Shown: positions 45,752 through 56,815 of the stretch, in pieces
Numbering within the stretch: position 1 is the first letter of the stretch
Layout of the letters: each line of letters begins with the position of its first letter
Assembly (NCBI GenBank): GCA_016281825.1
Contig: JAEEJI010000128.1
Coordinates: 6,241-70,240 of the forward strand
Direction of reading: 5' to 3'
DNA from: Muribaculaceae bacterium
Lineage (GTDB): Bacteria; Bacteroidota; Bacteroidia; Bacteroidales; Muribaculaceae
Length of the DNA: 64,000 bases
Program-made: the position numbers and the translations under genes
The notes under the pieces: model-generated
Database searches by the model: none
Seen by the model: only the letters and a program-made list of their open reading frames with translations
Told to the model about the DNA's origin: nothing

Positions 45752-48087
45752 TTGATGACTTTGACTCGCACTTGGGGAGTGGCGGGGAGTTGGTCGGCAG
45801 TGAGGCCAGCGTAGATGTTATAGACACCTGTCGGCACACGCTCGCCAGTGTCATCGCAAGTATCCCAATTGACCAAGTTGGATGTTGCGGTGAATTCACG
45901 CACAATGTTCCCGTCGCGATCGGTGATGCGAACACAAGCACCTACATCCACCTTACCGATGGTCACGAAACCTGTGTAGCTGGGTTCGACAAACGTCGGT
46001 GACGCAGTCACGGCAGTATAATCAATAACTGCAGGAATCTCTTCCATGTCAAACTCCACGATACCATTGTCGGTCAACACAATGGCGCGTGTAGGCGATG
46101 CCGTGACCGAATAAATACATGACGAGGGCAGTCCACTATTATCGACATCAAAGTGTTTGAGTACTTTAGAGCCATCGGGGCTCACAACGTAGAGACCCTG
46201 TTGGATTGTACCAATCCACTTGCGATTCAAGTAATCGGTGGCAATATGGCTAACGTAGGTGTCATAAGGAGAATCATCCCCTTCTGTGACTTTGGGCCTT
46301 GTGACTTTGAAGCCATTATTCATTACTTCAACTGGGTCGAAGTAGAAAACAGGACTGCTGCTACCGCCTACCCAAATATAACCCGTTGAATCGACACTCA
46401 TGGTGTAGATATAGTTCAAATGATATTCTATGGCTTTGCCATTCTGGTCAATTGGATTTGATACACGCACAGACTCAACGTTCTGATTAAGTGAGTCAGG
46501 TGTTCCTCGCCACAATGTGAAGGTCATAGAAGTTTGATTACCTCCATGGGTTACCTTGACGTCATCCTTGCCGACGCAGAAAATCTGGTTTTGGAACGTA
46601 CCATCCGACAAGCCTGGCACTGATACCACAATCCAGTCATCCTTGGTGATGGATGGATTCATCACCTTGTCATGAGGCAGCATACAAGCAATATCCTTCG
46701 GCTCAGTTGTTGTTGCACGTGTTGTACACATCCACAAGTTGCCTTCACTGTCAAATGCCAGACGCGGCGCGTTAAGTCCCGAATAGGGATGGTTCACACC
46801 CTGAACAAACTGCAAGTCAACTTGTCCATTAACCACACGGAACATGTTAGTGTTCTTGCGGATAGTGAAAAACAGCGCATCGTCATGTCCCGGTACAAAT
46901 GTGAGGGGACCCGTCTGCGTCTTGTTTCGTAAAGCCGTTGGTGTCGCATCGGTCCAAGTATTGCCATCATATGTCAACATGAACACATAGTTCCCGCTTT
47001 GAGAATTTGATCCGTAGGCATAGCGTTGGTCATGCGTGGTAATATAGAACTTGTTGTTCTGAGTATTAAAATAGCTATAGAACATTTGTGGTGTTTTAGG
47101 ATCAGAACGATACAGATAAATACCATCAGGTTTGTGGTAGTCGGTGTTCCCCTTAATATGGATACCGTTACCGTCAATCTGCCAGATGGTTCCACCGGCA
47201 TCGGGCGAACAAGAGTAGAGCGAGGTGTTGTTTCCCGACACTTTTGTCGCCGTAAACGCACCATCATCCATGATGGTGTAGTAACATGAACTCGCACGGA
47301 AGTTGGCCAGCCAACCGCCAATGGTCCGCTGAATATTGTCGGGCGTAGCCGAGAAAACTGTTGTGACATCGCAGCGTCCTCCCGGATCCATATCACAACG
47401 CTTCAGAGCGCTAGTGCCCAAAAGAAAGAACGTACTGTCATTGACGGGATAAATTTTTGCTTCAGCCTGCGACACACCGATGTCCATATAGTCATCAAGC
47501 GACTCACGACGCGTGCCACTAGCATAAAGGCTTCCTCCATAAGCGATGACCATACGCTCGCCCACTTGCGCCGCTGAAGTCAACGCCTTCCCATAGTCAC
47601 GGAACTCACACACCTGCAAGGTCGAGTCATCCAATACAACCAATCCGAAATCGGTCGCCAACAGAGCCTTGCCTGAGGCAAATGTCACATCATTAATTGC
47701 ACGAGACAAGTTCATCACTACATCGGACAATGCACTCACATTGACGATGCTACCATCCTCATACAACAAGTCAATATTACTGTTGGTATAAGTCAATAAC
47801 AAGTAATGCTTGTCGTAGTTGTAATAGATGTTCTTGATCTTGACATCGCTCAAGCCATTGGTCGATGACAGAGTCTTTACCTGCGCATTGACCTTGTCCC
47901 ATCGGACAAGAGAGCCGTTGGTCAGCGCATACACATAATGCTCAGTATCTATCAGATTGGTGGCCGAACTCATCATATAGATAGGATGGAATGTCCAAGT
48001 TCCCTCCAGATCTTGTTCTTGAACCAGCTCCTGCGCCATCAAGAACAGCGGTAGCGACAGTGCCATTAAGACAAATAATTTCTTCAT
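45748..48087 (-). CDS. PorZ-like double beta-propeller T9SS protein (divergent paralogue)
   Basis: GLSDVKI..IYYN..LLLTY.NSNID, NRKWIGT..GLY, CTD-like WD..G.RVPTGVY..VKVIK. Confidence 0.75.
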   Translation of the reverse strand: MKKLFVLMALSLPLFLMAQELVQEQDLEGTWTFHPIYMMSSATNLIDTEHYVYALTNGSLVRWDKVNAQVKTLSSTNGLSDVKIKNIYYNYDKHYLLLTYTNSNIDLLYEDGSIVNVSALSDVVMNLSRAINDVTFASGKALLATDFGLVVLDDSTLQVCEFRDYGKALTSAAQVGERMVIAYGGSLYASGTRRESLDDYMDIGVSQAEAKIYPVNDSTFFLLGTSALKRCDMDPGGRCDVTTVFSATPDNIQRTIGGWLANFRASSCYYTIMDDGAFTATKVSGNNTSLYSCSPDAGGTIWQIDGNGIHIKGNTDYHKPDGIYLYRSDPKTPQMFYSYFNTQNNKFYITTHDQRYAYGSNSQSGNYVFMLTYDGNTWTDATPTALRNKTQTGPLTFVPGHDDALFFTIRKNTNMFRVVNGQVDLQFVQGVNHPYSGLNAPRLAFDSEGNLWMCTTRATTTEPKDIACMLPHDKVMNPSITKDDWIVVSVPGLSDGTFQNQIFCVGKDDVKVTHGGNQTSMTFTLWRGTPDSLNQNVESVRVSNPIDQNGKAIEYHLNYIYTMSVDSTGYIWVGGSSSPVFYFDPVEVMNNGFKVTRPKVTEGDDSPYDTYVSHIATDYLNRKWIGTIQQGLYVVSPDGSKVLKHFDVDNSGLPSSCIYSVTASPTRAIVLTDNGIVEFDMEEIPAVIDYTAVTASPTFVEPSYTGFVTIGKVDVGACVRITDRDGNIVREFTATSNLVNWDTCDDTGERVPTGVYNIYAGLTADQLPATPQVRVKVIK

Positions 48088-48109
48088 TTCTGATATCTTT
48101 GTTGAGAGA

Positions 48110-49867
48110 TTACTCTTCGGTATTATCGACTGTAATTTGCCGAGCCTTCTCGACCCATTGTTTCACCTCATCGGCCATAGGAACCTTATAGCCCAGCTTG
48201 TACTTCTTGTTGATGTCCAACAAATCCTGGAACAATTTGCCCGGGCGCTCCAGCGCACCCAGCGTCTGGATGGTGAGCATACCGGCTTTTTGCAATGGCG
48301 CAACCCACTCGGCGGGGATGCCCAGTGCAGTGTACGCCTCCTCCTTGTCGCGACGTGCCACTTTCTCGGGACGCATCTGCGGGAACAGAATCACATCTTG
48401 AATGGTGGTCTTGCCAGTCATGAACATGGTCAAACGATCGATGCCAATGCCTATGCCGCTGGTAGGCGGCATGCCATACTGCAACGCACGCAAGAAGTCG
48501 TGGTCGATAATCATTGCCTCGTCATCACCCTTGTCGGCCAATCGCATCTGCTCCTTGAAGCGTTCCTCTTGGTCGATGGGGTCGTTGAGCTCGCTGTAGG
48601 CGTTGGCGACCTCCTTGCCGTTGACCATCAGTTCGAAGCGCTCGGTCAGACCAGGTTTAGAACGGTGCATCTTGGTAAGGGGAGACATCTCGACGGGGTA
48701 GTCGATGATAAATGTAGGCTGGATGTAGTGTCCCTCGCAGAACTCGCCGAAAATCTCATCGATGAGCTTGCCCTTGCCCATCGTCTCGTCAATCTCCATG
48801 TTCAACTTGTGGCACACCTCGCGAATCTGTGCCTCATCCATGCCTGTCAGGTTATAACCCGTCTGCTCCTGGATGGCCTCCAAGATGGGCAGACGACGGT
48901 AAGGAGCCTTGTAACTGATGAGATGGCCGTCAAACTCGGCCTCAGGCTTGCCGTTGACGGCGATACAGATGGTCTCCAACAGGTGCTCGGTGAACGACAT
49001 CATCCAGTTATAGTCCTTGTATTGCACATACAGCTCCATGCAAGTGAATTCGGGGTTGTGCGTGCGGTCCATCCCCTCGTTGCGGAAGTTCTTTCCAATC
49101 TCATAGACACCCTCAAATCCGCCCACAATCAGTCGCTTGAGGTAAAGCTCGGTGGCAATGCGCATATACATGTCGACGTTGAGCGCATTGAAGTGGGTGA
49201 TGAATGGACGAGCCGTTGCACCACCAGCGATGCTCTGCAAGGTCGGGGTCTCGACCTCGGTATATCCTGCATCATCCAGCACCTGGCGCATGGTCTTCAC
49301 CACCAGCGCGCGCTTGAGGAAAGTGTCCTTCACGCCCTCGTTGACCACCAGGTCGACATAACGCTGGCGATAACGCAATTCTGGGTCATCAAACGCGTCG
49401 TATGTCACGCCGTCCTTCACCTTGACGACTGGCAGGGGACGCAGAGACTTGCTCAACACGGTCAACGTCTGAGCATGCACACTAATCTCACCCGTCTGCG
49501 TGCGGAATACATAGCCAGTCACCCCAACAAAGTCGCCCATGTCGAGCAGGCGTTTAAACACGACATTGTACAAGTCCTTGTTCTCGTCGGGACATAGGTC
49601 ATCACGACTGATGTACACTTGGATGCGACCCTTGGAATCTTTCAGTTCCATGAACGAAGCCTTGCCCATGATGCGTCGGCTCATGATGCGTCCGGCAATG
49701 CGTACTTGTCGTGGAGCGGCATCGTCACTAAACTGTGCACGAATGTCGTCACTGTAGGCATCAACGGGGAACTCGGCTGCGGGATAAGGGTCAATACCCA
49801 TCTCGCGCATCGTGTTCAAACTATTTCTTCTCACAATCTCTTGTTCGCTCAACTCGAGGATATTCAT
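48110..49867 (-). CDS. lysS: lysyl-tRNA synthetase (class II)
   Basis: RYRQRYVDL, YMRIATELYLKRL, FRNEG..HNPEF, YGMPPTSGIGIGIDRL. Confidence 0.98.
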   Translation of the reverse strand: MNILELSEQEIVRRNSLNTMREMGIDPYPAAEFPVDAYSDDIRAQFSDDAAPRQVRIAGRIMSRRIMGKASFMELKDSKGRIQVYISRDDLCPDENKDLYNVVFKRLLDMGDFVGVTGYVFRTQTGEISVHAQTLTVLSKSLRPLPVVKVKDGVTYDAFDDPELRYRQRYVDLVVNEGVKDTFLKRALVVKTMRQVLDDAGYTEVETPTLQSIAGGATARPFITHFNALNVDMYMRIATELYLKRLIVGGFEGVYEIGKNFRNEGMDRTHNPEFTCMELYVQYKDYNWMMSFTEHLLETICIAVNGKPEAEFDGHLISYKAPYRRLPILEAIQEQTGYNLTGMDEAQIREVCHKLNMEIDETMGKGKLIDEIFGEFCEGHYIQPTFIIDYPVEMSPLTKMHRSKPGLTERFELMVNGKEVANAYSELNDPIDQEERFKEQMRLADKGDDEAMIIDHDFLRALQYGMPPTSGIGIGIDRLTMFMTGKTTIQDVILFPQMRPEKVARRDKEEAYTALGIPAEWVAPLQKAGMLTIQTLGALERPGKLFQDLLDINKKYKLGYKVPMADEVKQWVEKARQITVDNTEE

Positions 49868-49921
49868 CGCGTTTGATGTGTTTGATTAAGAATTAAGAAT
49901 TAAGAGTGTGGGTGGTCATGA

Positions 49922-50281
49922 TTATCTTTGCCCTTTTCCCATCAAGACTCCCAACGAGTCCACATTAACCTCGGTAGCGGCATTGAGTGCCTCCTGGAAC
50001 TCTTCTCCGCGGCCTAGCTTGGTATAGTAATCATTCGCCGCCTGGATCATCTTATCGGCCATAGCCTGGTCTTCGAGCACATTGCCCTCGCCATTGAGCA
50101 TGCGTTGTGACGCTTGAATACTCAAGTCGGCAATGGCCTTCACATCTTTCTGCAGGTCGCCTGATGGTGTGAACTCACCCGATTGCTCGGTAGTTGCCTT
50201 TTCTCCCCTGTCGGTGGCAGTGTTGCACGACGGCATGACCCATATACCCACTACCGCAACAATTAAAAATATTCTTTTCAT
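49922..50281 (-). CDS. small lipoprotein
   Basis: MKRIFLIVAVVGIWVMPSC signal; TACCTTTG box upstream on the - strand. Confidence 0.65.
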   Translation of the reverse strand: MKRIFLIVAVVGIWVMPSCNTATDRGEKATTEQSGEFTPSGDLQKDVKAIADLSIQASQRMLNGEGNVLEDQAMADKMIQAANDYYTKLGRGEEFQEALNAATEVNVDSLGVLMGKGQR

Positions 50282-50416
50282 TTTCGATATCTGACTATAT
50301 TTCAAACTGCAAAGGTAGTAAAAAGTTGGCAAAAAAACACCTTGGCCATAATATTTTCATTTTTAGCACTGAAAAAAAAGGTCGAAAGGCTTTTTTTTGT
50401 AATTTTGTATCTTATT

Positions 50417-51643
50417 ATGGCACGTTTTCATGACATACTCTTCGGAGTGATCACATTGCTCTTGATATTGGCTTCTTGCGCTCAACCCAGCAAACAAGTG
50501 GTTGAGCCTTCGCACAGCGTGCCAATCATCCACCTTGACACCCGCAACAAGGCACCTATTACCTCCCGAGAACACTGGAGGTCGGGCGCATTGAGCATCG
50601 AGGATTCTGCTTTCATGATAAACATGCAGATGCGAGGCCGCGGTAACACCACCTGGACACTCAGCGACAAAAAACCTTTTCGGATTAAGTTGGATGCCCC
50701 CTACCCGCTGCTGGGGTTGCCCTGCAGCAAGCATTTTGTGCTATTGAGTGAGGCCACGACTCCCTATTCAATGTTAGCCGCTGTCGCAGCATTTGAACTG
50801 AGCCGACGCCTAGACATGCCTTATACCCCTCAAATCAAACCTGTAGAACTAGTCATCAATGGTGAGTACAACGGCTTGTATCTACTTACCGAGCAAATAC
50901 GAGTTGAACCTGGGAAGATAGATCTTCAGCACTGGACGCGCAAACCGTCAGAGGCTCAACACGATACAGGCGGTTGGCTGCTTGAGATTGACGGATGGAA
51001 CACCTACAGCCGCATCAACTTACCTAGCCAGTTGGGCGTGACCTTACCCATCGAGTATCATTATCCTAAGCAGTTGACCGATTGGCAACGCAACTACATC
51101 ACCCAACTGCTTCAGCGCGTCGATTCAGCAATCTGCACCAACGACAAGGATAGCCGGGTCTGGGAAGACCTAATTGACATGGACATCCTAGCCAAGTATT
51201 ACATTGTCAACGAAATAATGGACAACTGCGAAGCATTCTCAGGAAGTTGCTGGTTCTCAAAACAAGACATGGGATCTTCAAAGATCATGTTCGGACCAGT
51301 TTGGGACTTTGGCAGTGCCTTTGCCCACCGCTATATTGACAAGCCTGAATGCTTCATCTATCAAGAAATGCCCAATTATTGTTCACCCTTGTGGCTCAAA
51401 GAACTCGTACGTTTCCCACGATTTCAACTATGCGTCCAGCGACACTACCGTCAACTCAAGGCAATACACGGCGATGACCTTGACGCAGTTATTGATGACT
51501 TTGTCGCACAAGTATCCTTGGCCAGCCAAGCAGAGACCCGTCGATGGCCCAACAGCCCGATTGGAAAAATTCCAGAGAACGCCCCATGGGTCAAGCAATA
51601 CCTAAAGCGGAAAATACAATTCCTTGACAGTCAGTGGTTGTAA
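50417..51643 (+). CDS. CotH kinase family lipoprotein
   Basis: Lipobox LASC, RGRGNTTW..KKPFRIKL, NGEYNGLY.LTEQI, GPVWDF. Confidence 0.88.
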   Translation: MARFHDILFGVITLLLILASCAQPSKQVVEPSHSVPIIHLDTRNKAPITSREHWRSGALSIEDSAFMINMQMRGRGNTTWTLSDKKPFRIKLDAPYPLLGLPCSKHFVLLSEATTPYSMLAAVAAFELSRRLDMPYTPQIKPVELVINGEYNGLYLLTEQIRVEPGKIDLQHWTRKPSEAQHDTGGWLLEIDGWNTYSRINLPSQLGVTLPIEYHYPKQLTDWQRNYITQLLQRVDSAICTNDKDSRVWEDLIDMDILAKYYIVNEIMDNCEAFSGSCWFSKQDMGSSKIMFGPVWDFGSAFAHRYIDKPECFIYQEMPNYCSPLWLKELVRFPRFQLCVQRHYRQLKAIHGDDLDAVIDDFVAQVSLASQAETRRWPNSPIGKIPENAPWVKQYLKRKIQFLDSQWL

Positions 51644-51649
51644 CAAACA

Positions 51650-51681
51650 TCAACAGACCAGCAGATTGGCTAGTCTGTTGA
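51650..51681. terminator. hairpin between convergent cotH-like and pgi genes
   Basis: tcaacagac..gtctgttga. Confidence 0.55.
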
Positions 51682-51706
51682 CTTAAATGATAATTGGCGA
51701 TGACAA

Positions 51707-53020
51707 TTAGAGCCGCGCTTCAAGCTCGGCGGTCTGCGCCTCATAGCCAGGTTTACCCAGCAGAGCGAACATATTCTTCTTATAGGCCTCGACACCAGGC
51801 TGGTTGAATGGGTTCACGCCCAGCATATATCCGCTGATGCCACAAGCCTTTTCAAAGAAATAGATGAGCTGACCCAACGTGCGTTCGTTGATGGTAGGCA
51901 ACATGATGACTATGTTGGGCACACCACCGTCAACATGAGCCAAGCGTGTGCCAAGCTCGGCCTTGTGGTTCACCTCGCCAACCCGGCGGCCAGCAATGTA
52001 GTTCAGTCCGTCCAAGTCGGCCTCGTCGTGCGGAATGACTACCTCGTGATGCTGATTCTCGACCGTTAGCACCGTTTCAAAGATGGTACGCTCGCCGTCT
52101 TGTATCCACTGTCCCATCGAGTGCAGGTCGGTGGTGAAGTCAACACTGGCAGGGAAGATGCCCTTTCCGTCCTTGCCCTCGCTCTCGCCGTATAGTTGCT
52201 TCCACCACTCAGCAAGGAAGTGCAGACGAGGCTCAAAGTTCACTAGAATCTCGACCTTTTTGCCAGCTTGGTATAGAGCATTACGCGTCTGAGCATAGCA
52301 GAGCATCAATTCATCGCCACCTTGCTCCATCTCGACGGCACCCGCCACCAGCGTACGGATATCAAATCCTGCAACGGCAATAGGCAACAAGCCAACCGGT
52401 GTGAGCACCGAGAAACGGCCACCCACATCATCGGGAATCACAAAGGTCTCATAGCCTTCCTGAGTTGCTAGTCCACGCAACGCACCACGGGCGGCGTCGG
52501 TGATGGCTACGATGTGACGGCTGGCCCACTCATGCCCCAGCTCGCGCTCGAGCTGCCCCTTGAGCAGACGGAACGCGATGGCGGGTTCAGTGGTTGTTCC
52601 GCTTTTGCTGATAACGATGATGCCCCACTTGTGACCCTCAAGCAGGGTCATCAAGTCGTGGAGATAGTCCTCACCGATATTGTTGCCAGCGAATAGTACG
52701 CGGGCGCCGACCGCAGGTTTATAGGCGGCAAACTGATCATTCAGTGCCTCAATCACTGCCTTTGCGCCCAGATAACTGCCGCCAATGCCCACTGCGACCA
52801 CAAACTCGCAGTCCTGACGCAGACGAGTCGCACACTGCTCAACGGCAGCAAGTCGCGTCTCGTCAATGCTGCTAGGCAGATGCATCCAGCCCAAGAAATC
52901 GTTGCCGGCTCCATCGCCGTCGGCAAGCGTGCGTGCTGCGGCCGTGGCGGCACTGTGCAACGCATTGATGTCATTCTCACTCACTGCGCCCAGCGCAGCC
53001 TTGTTTTCAATCCTTATCAT
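51707..53020 (-). CDS. pgi: glucose-6-phosphate isomerase
   Basis: [50 protein letters not shown]. Confidence 0.97.
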   Translation of the reverse strand: MIRIENKAALGAVSENDINALHSAATAAARTLADGDGAGNDFLGWMHLPSSIDETRLAAVEQCATRLRQDCEFVVAVGIGGSYLGAKAVIEALNDQFAAYKPAVGARVLFAGNNIGEDYLHDLMTLLEGHKWGIIVISKSGTTTEPAIAFRLLKGQLERELGHEWASRHIVAITDAARGALRGLATQEGYETFVIPDDVGGRFSVLTPVGLLPIAVAGFDIRTLVAGAVEMEQGGDELMLCYAQTRNALYQAGKKVEILVNFEPRLHFLAEWWKQLYGESEGKDGKGIFPASVDFTTDLHSMGQWIQDGERTIFETVLTVENQHHEVVIPHDEADLDGLNYIAGRRVGEVNHKAELGTRLAHVDGGVPNIVIMLPTINERTLGQLIYFFEKACGISGYMLGVNPFNQPGVEAYKKNMFALLGKPGYEAQTAELEARL

Positions 53021-53056
53021 TGTCTTGATTATATATAGCTTTGTTCTTGTATCCTG

Positions 53057-53827
53057 CTATTGATAGAATGTTATCCAGTTGGTGCAGTAACGGCTCTTAT
53101 CCAAGCGGGGATGAATCTCATGCACTATGCCATCGGCATCGCGCCACCATGAGTGGTTCCACCCGCTGCCCATGTCCAGATAGAGTGCCTCGGTTGCACC
53201 ATACTGTTCAAGTAGGTCAACAAACCGTGAATACTCCACCTTCTCACGCGAGTCGACTATGCACAATTGTCCGCCCTTCTCACACAATGCGCGGTACTGG
53301 TTCACACCGCCGCGCCACAACTTCTCAACACGCTTACCCTGATGGATGATGCTGGCTTGCCCGAAACCCATGCCACTATTGGCGACTGCCTTGTCAAGTG
53401 CGGCACTATAGTCACCCTGGACAAACTCCCAGTGATTGCCCCAACTGACAAATGCGCCACTGTTATCCTTGCACACAGCGCCAGTATAGCGTGTCCCGCC
53501 ACTGACATGGTCGCCATCGATATTGCTATGAGCAAATTCATCAAGCAAGGCATGAGTGAACGCCGCCTCAGCACAAAAAACCACCGAATCATCGTCTTGG
53601 CTAGGCATTGTGCCGCAGACCAGGTCAATTCGCGAGAACTGCGGATAATAGGCAATCACATCGGCAGTCGAGTCGACAACTACAAGTGGCTGCTTTTGTT
53701 CGACGACATCTCCAGTGCCCCCCTCTTTACTATCCATCAAATCATGTGAAATCATATAAACCAATGCACACAAACAACCGATGAAGATTACCCATGCAGC
53801 AATATGGTTCAGTCGCTTGGTGTCCAT
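53057..53827 (-). CDS. membrane-anchored protein, phosphodiester glycosidase (NAGPA)-like domain possible
   Basis: N-terminal TM; YRALC and EALYLDMGSG resemble the R.A.. / A.NLDGGGS motifs. Confidence 0.5.
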   Translation of the reverse strand: MDTKRLNHIAAWVIFIGCLCALVYMISHDLMDSKEGGTGDVVEQKQPLVVVDSTADVIAYYPQFSRIDLVCGTMPSQDDDSVVFCAEAAFTHALLDEFAHSNIDGDHVSGGTRYTGAVCKDNSGAFVSWGNHWEFVQGDYSAALDKAVANSGMGFGQASIIHQGKRVEKLWRGGVNQYRALCEKGGQLCIVDSREKVEYSRFVDLLEQYGATEALYLDMGSGWNHSWWRDADGIVHEIHPRLDKSRYCTNWITFYQ

Positions 53828-53850
53828 CTTATTATGAATTATGAATTCAT

Positions 53851-54981
53851 TTAAATCTCCTTAGTAAACGCGCGGCGGCGCTTGTTCTGGCGGTAGGTAA
53901 AGTATTGCCACTGCTGCTGCACGCGCTCATTCTCCTCCAGCTCATGCCCCGTGTCGGCCCACCTGTAGCCAAAACGGTTGAAACACGGAATCAAGTCATC
54001 AAAAATCAAAGCATTCACACCCTTGCTCTGATATTCGGGCTTGACGGCAATGAGAAGCAGATCCACAACGTCATTGTGTCCCTTGAACGCTTTGAGTAGA
54101 TGGTACCATCCGAATGGGAGCAGACGTCCACGACCCTTAATCAATGCCTGCGACAGTGACGGAATGGTGATACCCACACCGATGAGCTCGCCATCCTCCT
54201 TCACCACCATCGACAAGTCATCGAGCGGAAGGAACGGCAGGTACATCTTAATGTAATGCTTAATCTGCTTGTCGCTTAACGGCGAGTAGCCGAACAACTT
54301 GTCGTACGCCTCGTTAATGAGACGGAAGATGGCATCACCATAGTCAGCCACCAGTTTCTTTCGGTTCGTGTACTTGATGGTCTTCACGCCTAGTCGCTGC
54401 CGCACGATGCGCGCGATGCGCGCCATCTTCTCTGGCACCTCGGACGGCACATCAACACGAAACTCCACCCAGTCAACATCCTTGACAAAGCCCATACGCT
54501 CCATGTGTTGGGGATAGTAGGGGTAGTTGTAGATGGTGGCTTGCGTGCTCAGCTCTTCGAAGCCCTCGATAAGCATACCCTCCTGGTCCATGTCGGTAAA
54601 TCCCAAAGGACCGGTCAGGCAGGTCATTCCTTTGCTCTTGGCCCAGTCGGTAACCGCGTTGATAAGCGCGTCGGCCACTTCGGCATCGTCTATGAAATCT
54701 AAGTATCCAAAGCGTCCCTCTTCCTTGCCGCTGCGCTGGTTCACCAGGCGATTGATGATACCCGCTATTCTGCCCACCGGCTTGCCGTCGCGGTAAGCCA
54801 TGAAGTAGGCGCTCTCGCAGAAGTCAAATGCCGGGTTCTCACTGGGCATCAATGTGCCAATCACATCACTTATCAAATCGGGCACGTAATAAGGACTGTC
54901 CTTATACAACGTGTCAATGGGATACTTGGCAAACCGTGCCAATTCCTTCCGTGTCGGTTCTATATGTCGTATTTCTACCAT
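53851..54981 (-). CDS. GNAT N-acetyltransferase (YghO-like)
   Basis: GKPVGRIAGIIN, GRFG, GPLGFTD, YNYPYY, AVKPEYQSKGV. Confidence 0.85.
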   Translation of the reverse strand: MVEIRHIEPTRKELARFAKYPIDTLYKDSPYYVPDLISDVIGTLMPSENPAFDFCESAYFMAYRDGKPVGRIAGIINRLVNQRSGKEEGRFGYLDFIDDAEVADALINAVTDWAKSKGMTCLTGPLGFTDMDQEGMLIEGFEELSTQATIYNYPYYPQHMERMGFVKDVDWVEFRVDVPSEVPEKMARIARIVRQRLGVKTIKYTNRKKLVADYGDAIFRLINEAYDKLFGYSPLSDKQIKHYIKMYLPFLPLDDLSMVVKEDGELIGVGITIPSLSQALIKGRGRLLPFGWYHLLKAFKGHNDVVDLLLIAVKPEYQSKGVNALIFDDLIPCFNRFGYRWADTGHELEENERVQQQWQYFTYRQNKRRRAFTKEI

Positions 54982-55043
54982 AAAAATTTTTATAGTTATG
55001 AGTGACAAGTAACGAGTTACGGCTCCACTACTCCACTACTTTT

Positions 55044-55154
55044 CTAATGATGCCCTAGCCACCATAGCAGTGCCAAAAGGGCTAGGATGATGATGTCTAG
55101 CTTGAGGAAAAACATCCAGTAGTAGCGTCGTTTGGGGTCTTCAGGCAGTATCAT
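55044..55154 (-). CDS. 36-aa single-TM microprotein
   Basis: MILPEDPKRRYYWMFFLKLDIIILALLALLWWLGHH; ATGA overlap with the upstream stop codon. Confidence 0.55.
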   Translation of the reverse strand: MILPEDPKRRYYWMFFLKLDIIILALLALLWWLGHH

Positions 55155-56641
55155 TCGGGTATTCGCTTGGTCTTGCCGGTGACCAGGTCGTAGCTGAAGC
55201 GTCCCTCGCTGGTTCGCATACGCATAAGGTTGTTCTTGCTATCGGCAAAACCAATGTCGCTAGGCTGCGAGTCGCCCTTAGGTGCATAAATCGAGAAGTA
55301 CTTGCGGGTATTCTTATTGAAACCATAGACGGCACCATTGTTAATACTGAACACGATGTACCCCTCGTTCTCAATCTTCTTGTTGATTTCCTTCATGTTG
55401 AAGATGGGCTTGTCATAGCTGGCGGCCTTGATGGTGACCTCCTCGCCCTTCTTCAAAGCCTCAACGTTTTCCTCGTTTTCCTGGTTCCAGCGTTCATCCA
55501 CGTTGTTGGGGTCGGCGAGGCGCTTTTCCTCCTCCTCTTTCTCCTTGGCCTCTTGTTCGGCTTTGAGCTCCTCCTCGGTCAAAAAATGGATGAGTTTGAC
55601 ATTGCGGGCCTCATTCTGCAGGAAGCGTGTCTCGGCCGAATTAATGGACTGCAACGGCTTTCCATAGACATATTGTCGCCCGTCATCAAGGGTCTTGATA
55701 GGTCCCTGGTAGTCCAGTGTGGTGAGTTTCTTCTCATCGACATTCCACAGGCACAACGACACACGCCCAATAGAGCCACCCTCAACGGGGTTGTTCACAT
55801 AGGCGAAGTAGTAGTAGTCCTTGTCGTTGACACGCACGGCACGCGGCACATTCTGGATATCGGCAATCAGCGCCGCGTTGTCCATATTGACCGTTCGGCC
55901 GTTCAGGTACTGCGTGTGCTGCAGTTCGGGCATCCACACCTGTCCGTTCTGGGTGAGTTTGTAAATCTTGAAGTACGAGCGGCTCTCAGTGTCATTCTTA
56001 GCGGTGACACCCATAATCACCTCAGGGCGGTCAGTACCATTTCCTGGCACCTTGACGGCATGTGCCGCAACGGCTCCGTCACCCGTGAAGTTGTTGCGGC
56101 TGAGTTCGGATGTGAAGATTGACATCGGGTCGCCATTTGAGTCAGCGACAAGCAGTGTCGAGTCGCTGCCGGTCACCTCATGGCGTCCGTCATTGCTGCT
56201 GCCGCAGTTGCGAAGCAGCAACAACAACCCTATCAGCGCCACCACCACCGCCGCTCCGATGAGCACATTGCGGTTGAAGTGTGCCGGTTCGCTTGATAGT
56301 TCTTCGTCCTCATCATCCTCGTCCTTACCGTTGTCTTCGGGATAATATGGCTTGCGTTCCCGCTCTTGTTCGCGCCGAGCCTCCTGCCAAGGGTCAGTTT
56401 CCTGCCCACGGCGTTCACGTTCCAGCTCATGATAGGTGGCGCCAGTCGTTGCCACCGTCTCTTCGGCTGGTTCCTGCATATCATTACGCACCATTTTGCC
56501 GCATTTGGGGCAGAACACCGAGTTCGCCGGTATCGTCTTTCCACATGATGGGCAATTTATGTCAGTGCTCATCGGGGTTCCACAATGGTTGCAAAACGCC
56601 GAGCCGTCAGGAACCTGTTGTCCACATTTTTCACAAATCAT
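55151..56641 (-). CDS. double zinc-ribbon membrane protein
   Basis: Four CxxC pairs at the N-terminus, acidic linker, one TM, large extracytoplasmic region. Confidence 0.8.
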   Translation of the reverse strand: MICEKCGQQVPDGSAFCNHCGTPMSTDINCPSCGKTIPANSVFCPKCGKMVRNDMQEPAEETVATTGATYHELERERRGQETDPWQEARREQERERKPYYPEDNGKDEDDEDEELSSEPAHFNRNVLIGAAVVVALIGLLLLLRNCGSSNDGRHEVTGSDSTLLVADSNGDPMSIFTSELSRNNFTGDGAVAAHAVKVPGNGTDRPEVIMGVTAKNDTESRSYFKIYKLTQNGQVWMPELQHTQYLNGRTVNMDNAALIADIQNVPRAVRVNDKDYYYFAYVNNPVEGGSIGRVSLCLWNVDEKKLTTLDYQGPIKTLDDGRQYVYGKPLQSINSAETRFLQNEARNVKLIHFLTEEELKAEQEAKEKEEEEKRLADPNNVDERWNQENEENVEALKKGEEVTIKAASYDKPIFNMKEINKKIENEGYIVFSINNGAVYGFNKNTRKYFSIYAPKGDSQPSDIGFADSKNNLMRMRTSEGRFSYDLVTGKTKRIPE

Positions 56642-56686
56642 ATCGTGTTCTTTTTTGGTTTATATGCTACAGAATCTTCCAATTTG

Positions 56687-56733
56687 CAAAGGTACAGTTT
56701 TTAATTGAGATTTGAGATTTGAGATTTGAGATT
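56687..56733 (-). promoter_or_regulatory. heptamer repeat (aaatctc)x4 followed by a -7 box
   Basis: ttgagat x4 at 56705-56732 and CAAAGGTA at 56687-56694 (TACCTTTG on -). Confidence 0.65.
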
Positions 56734-56741
56734 TTTTACTA

Positions 56742-56776
56742 AAAAAATTCCCCCTCGTTTCTTGAGGAGGAATTTT
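56742..56776 (-). terminator. terminator downstream of the tandem porZ-like genes
   Basis: aaaattcc-cctc..gagg-aggaatttt imperfect stem with an A-run on +. Confidence 0.55.
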
Positions 56777-56815
56777 CTATTGTTTTGGCGACGATTTGCC
56801 GCCTTCCTGTAAGTC

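Noticed and set aside
48137-49597. Long antisense ORFs (also 4814-5926, 18503-19714, 20910-22184, 62777-63922)
   Set aside because: Shadow frames of GC3-rich genes on the opposite strand with no motifs
50417-51643. CotH as a sign of sporulation
   Set aside because: CotH-family kinases are widespread in non-sporulating Bacteroidota
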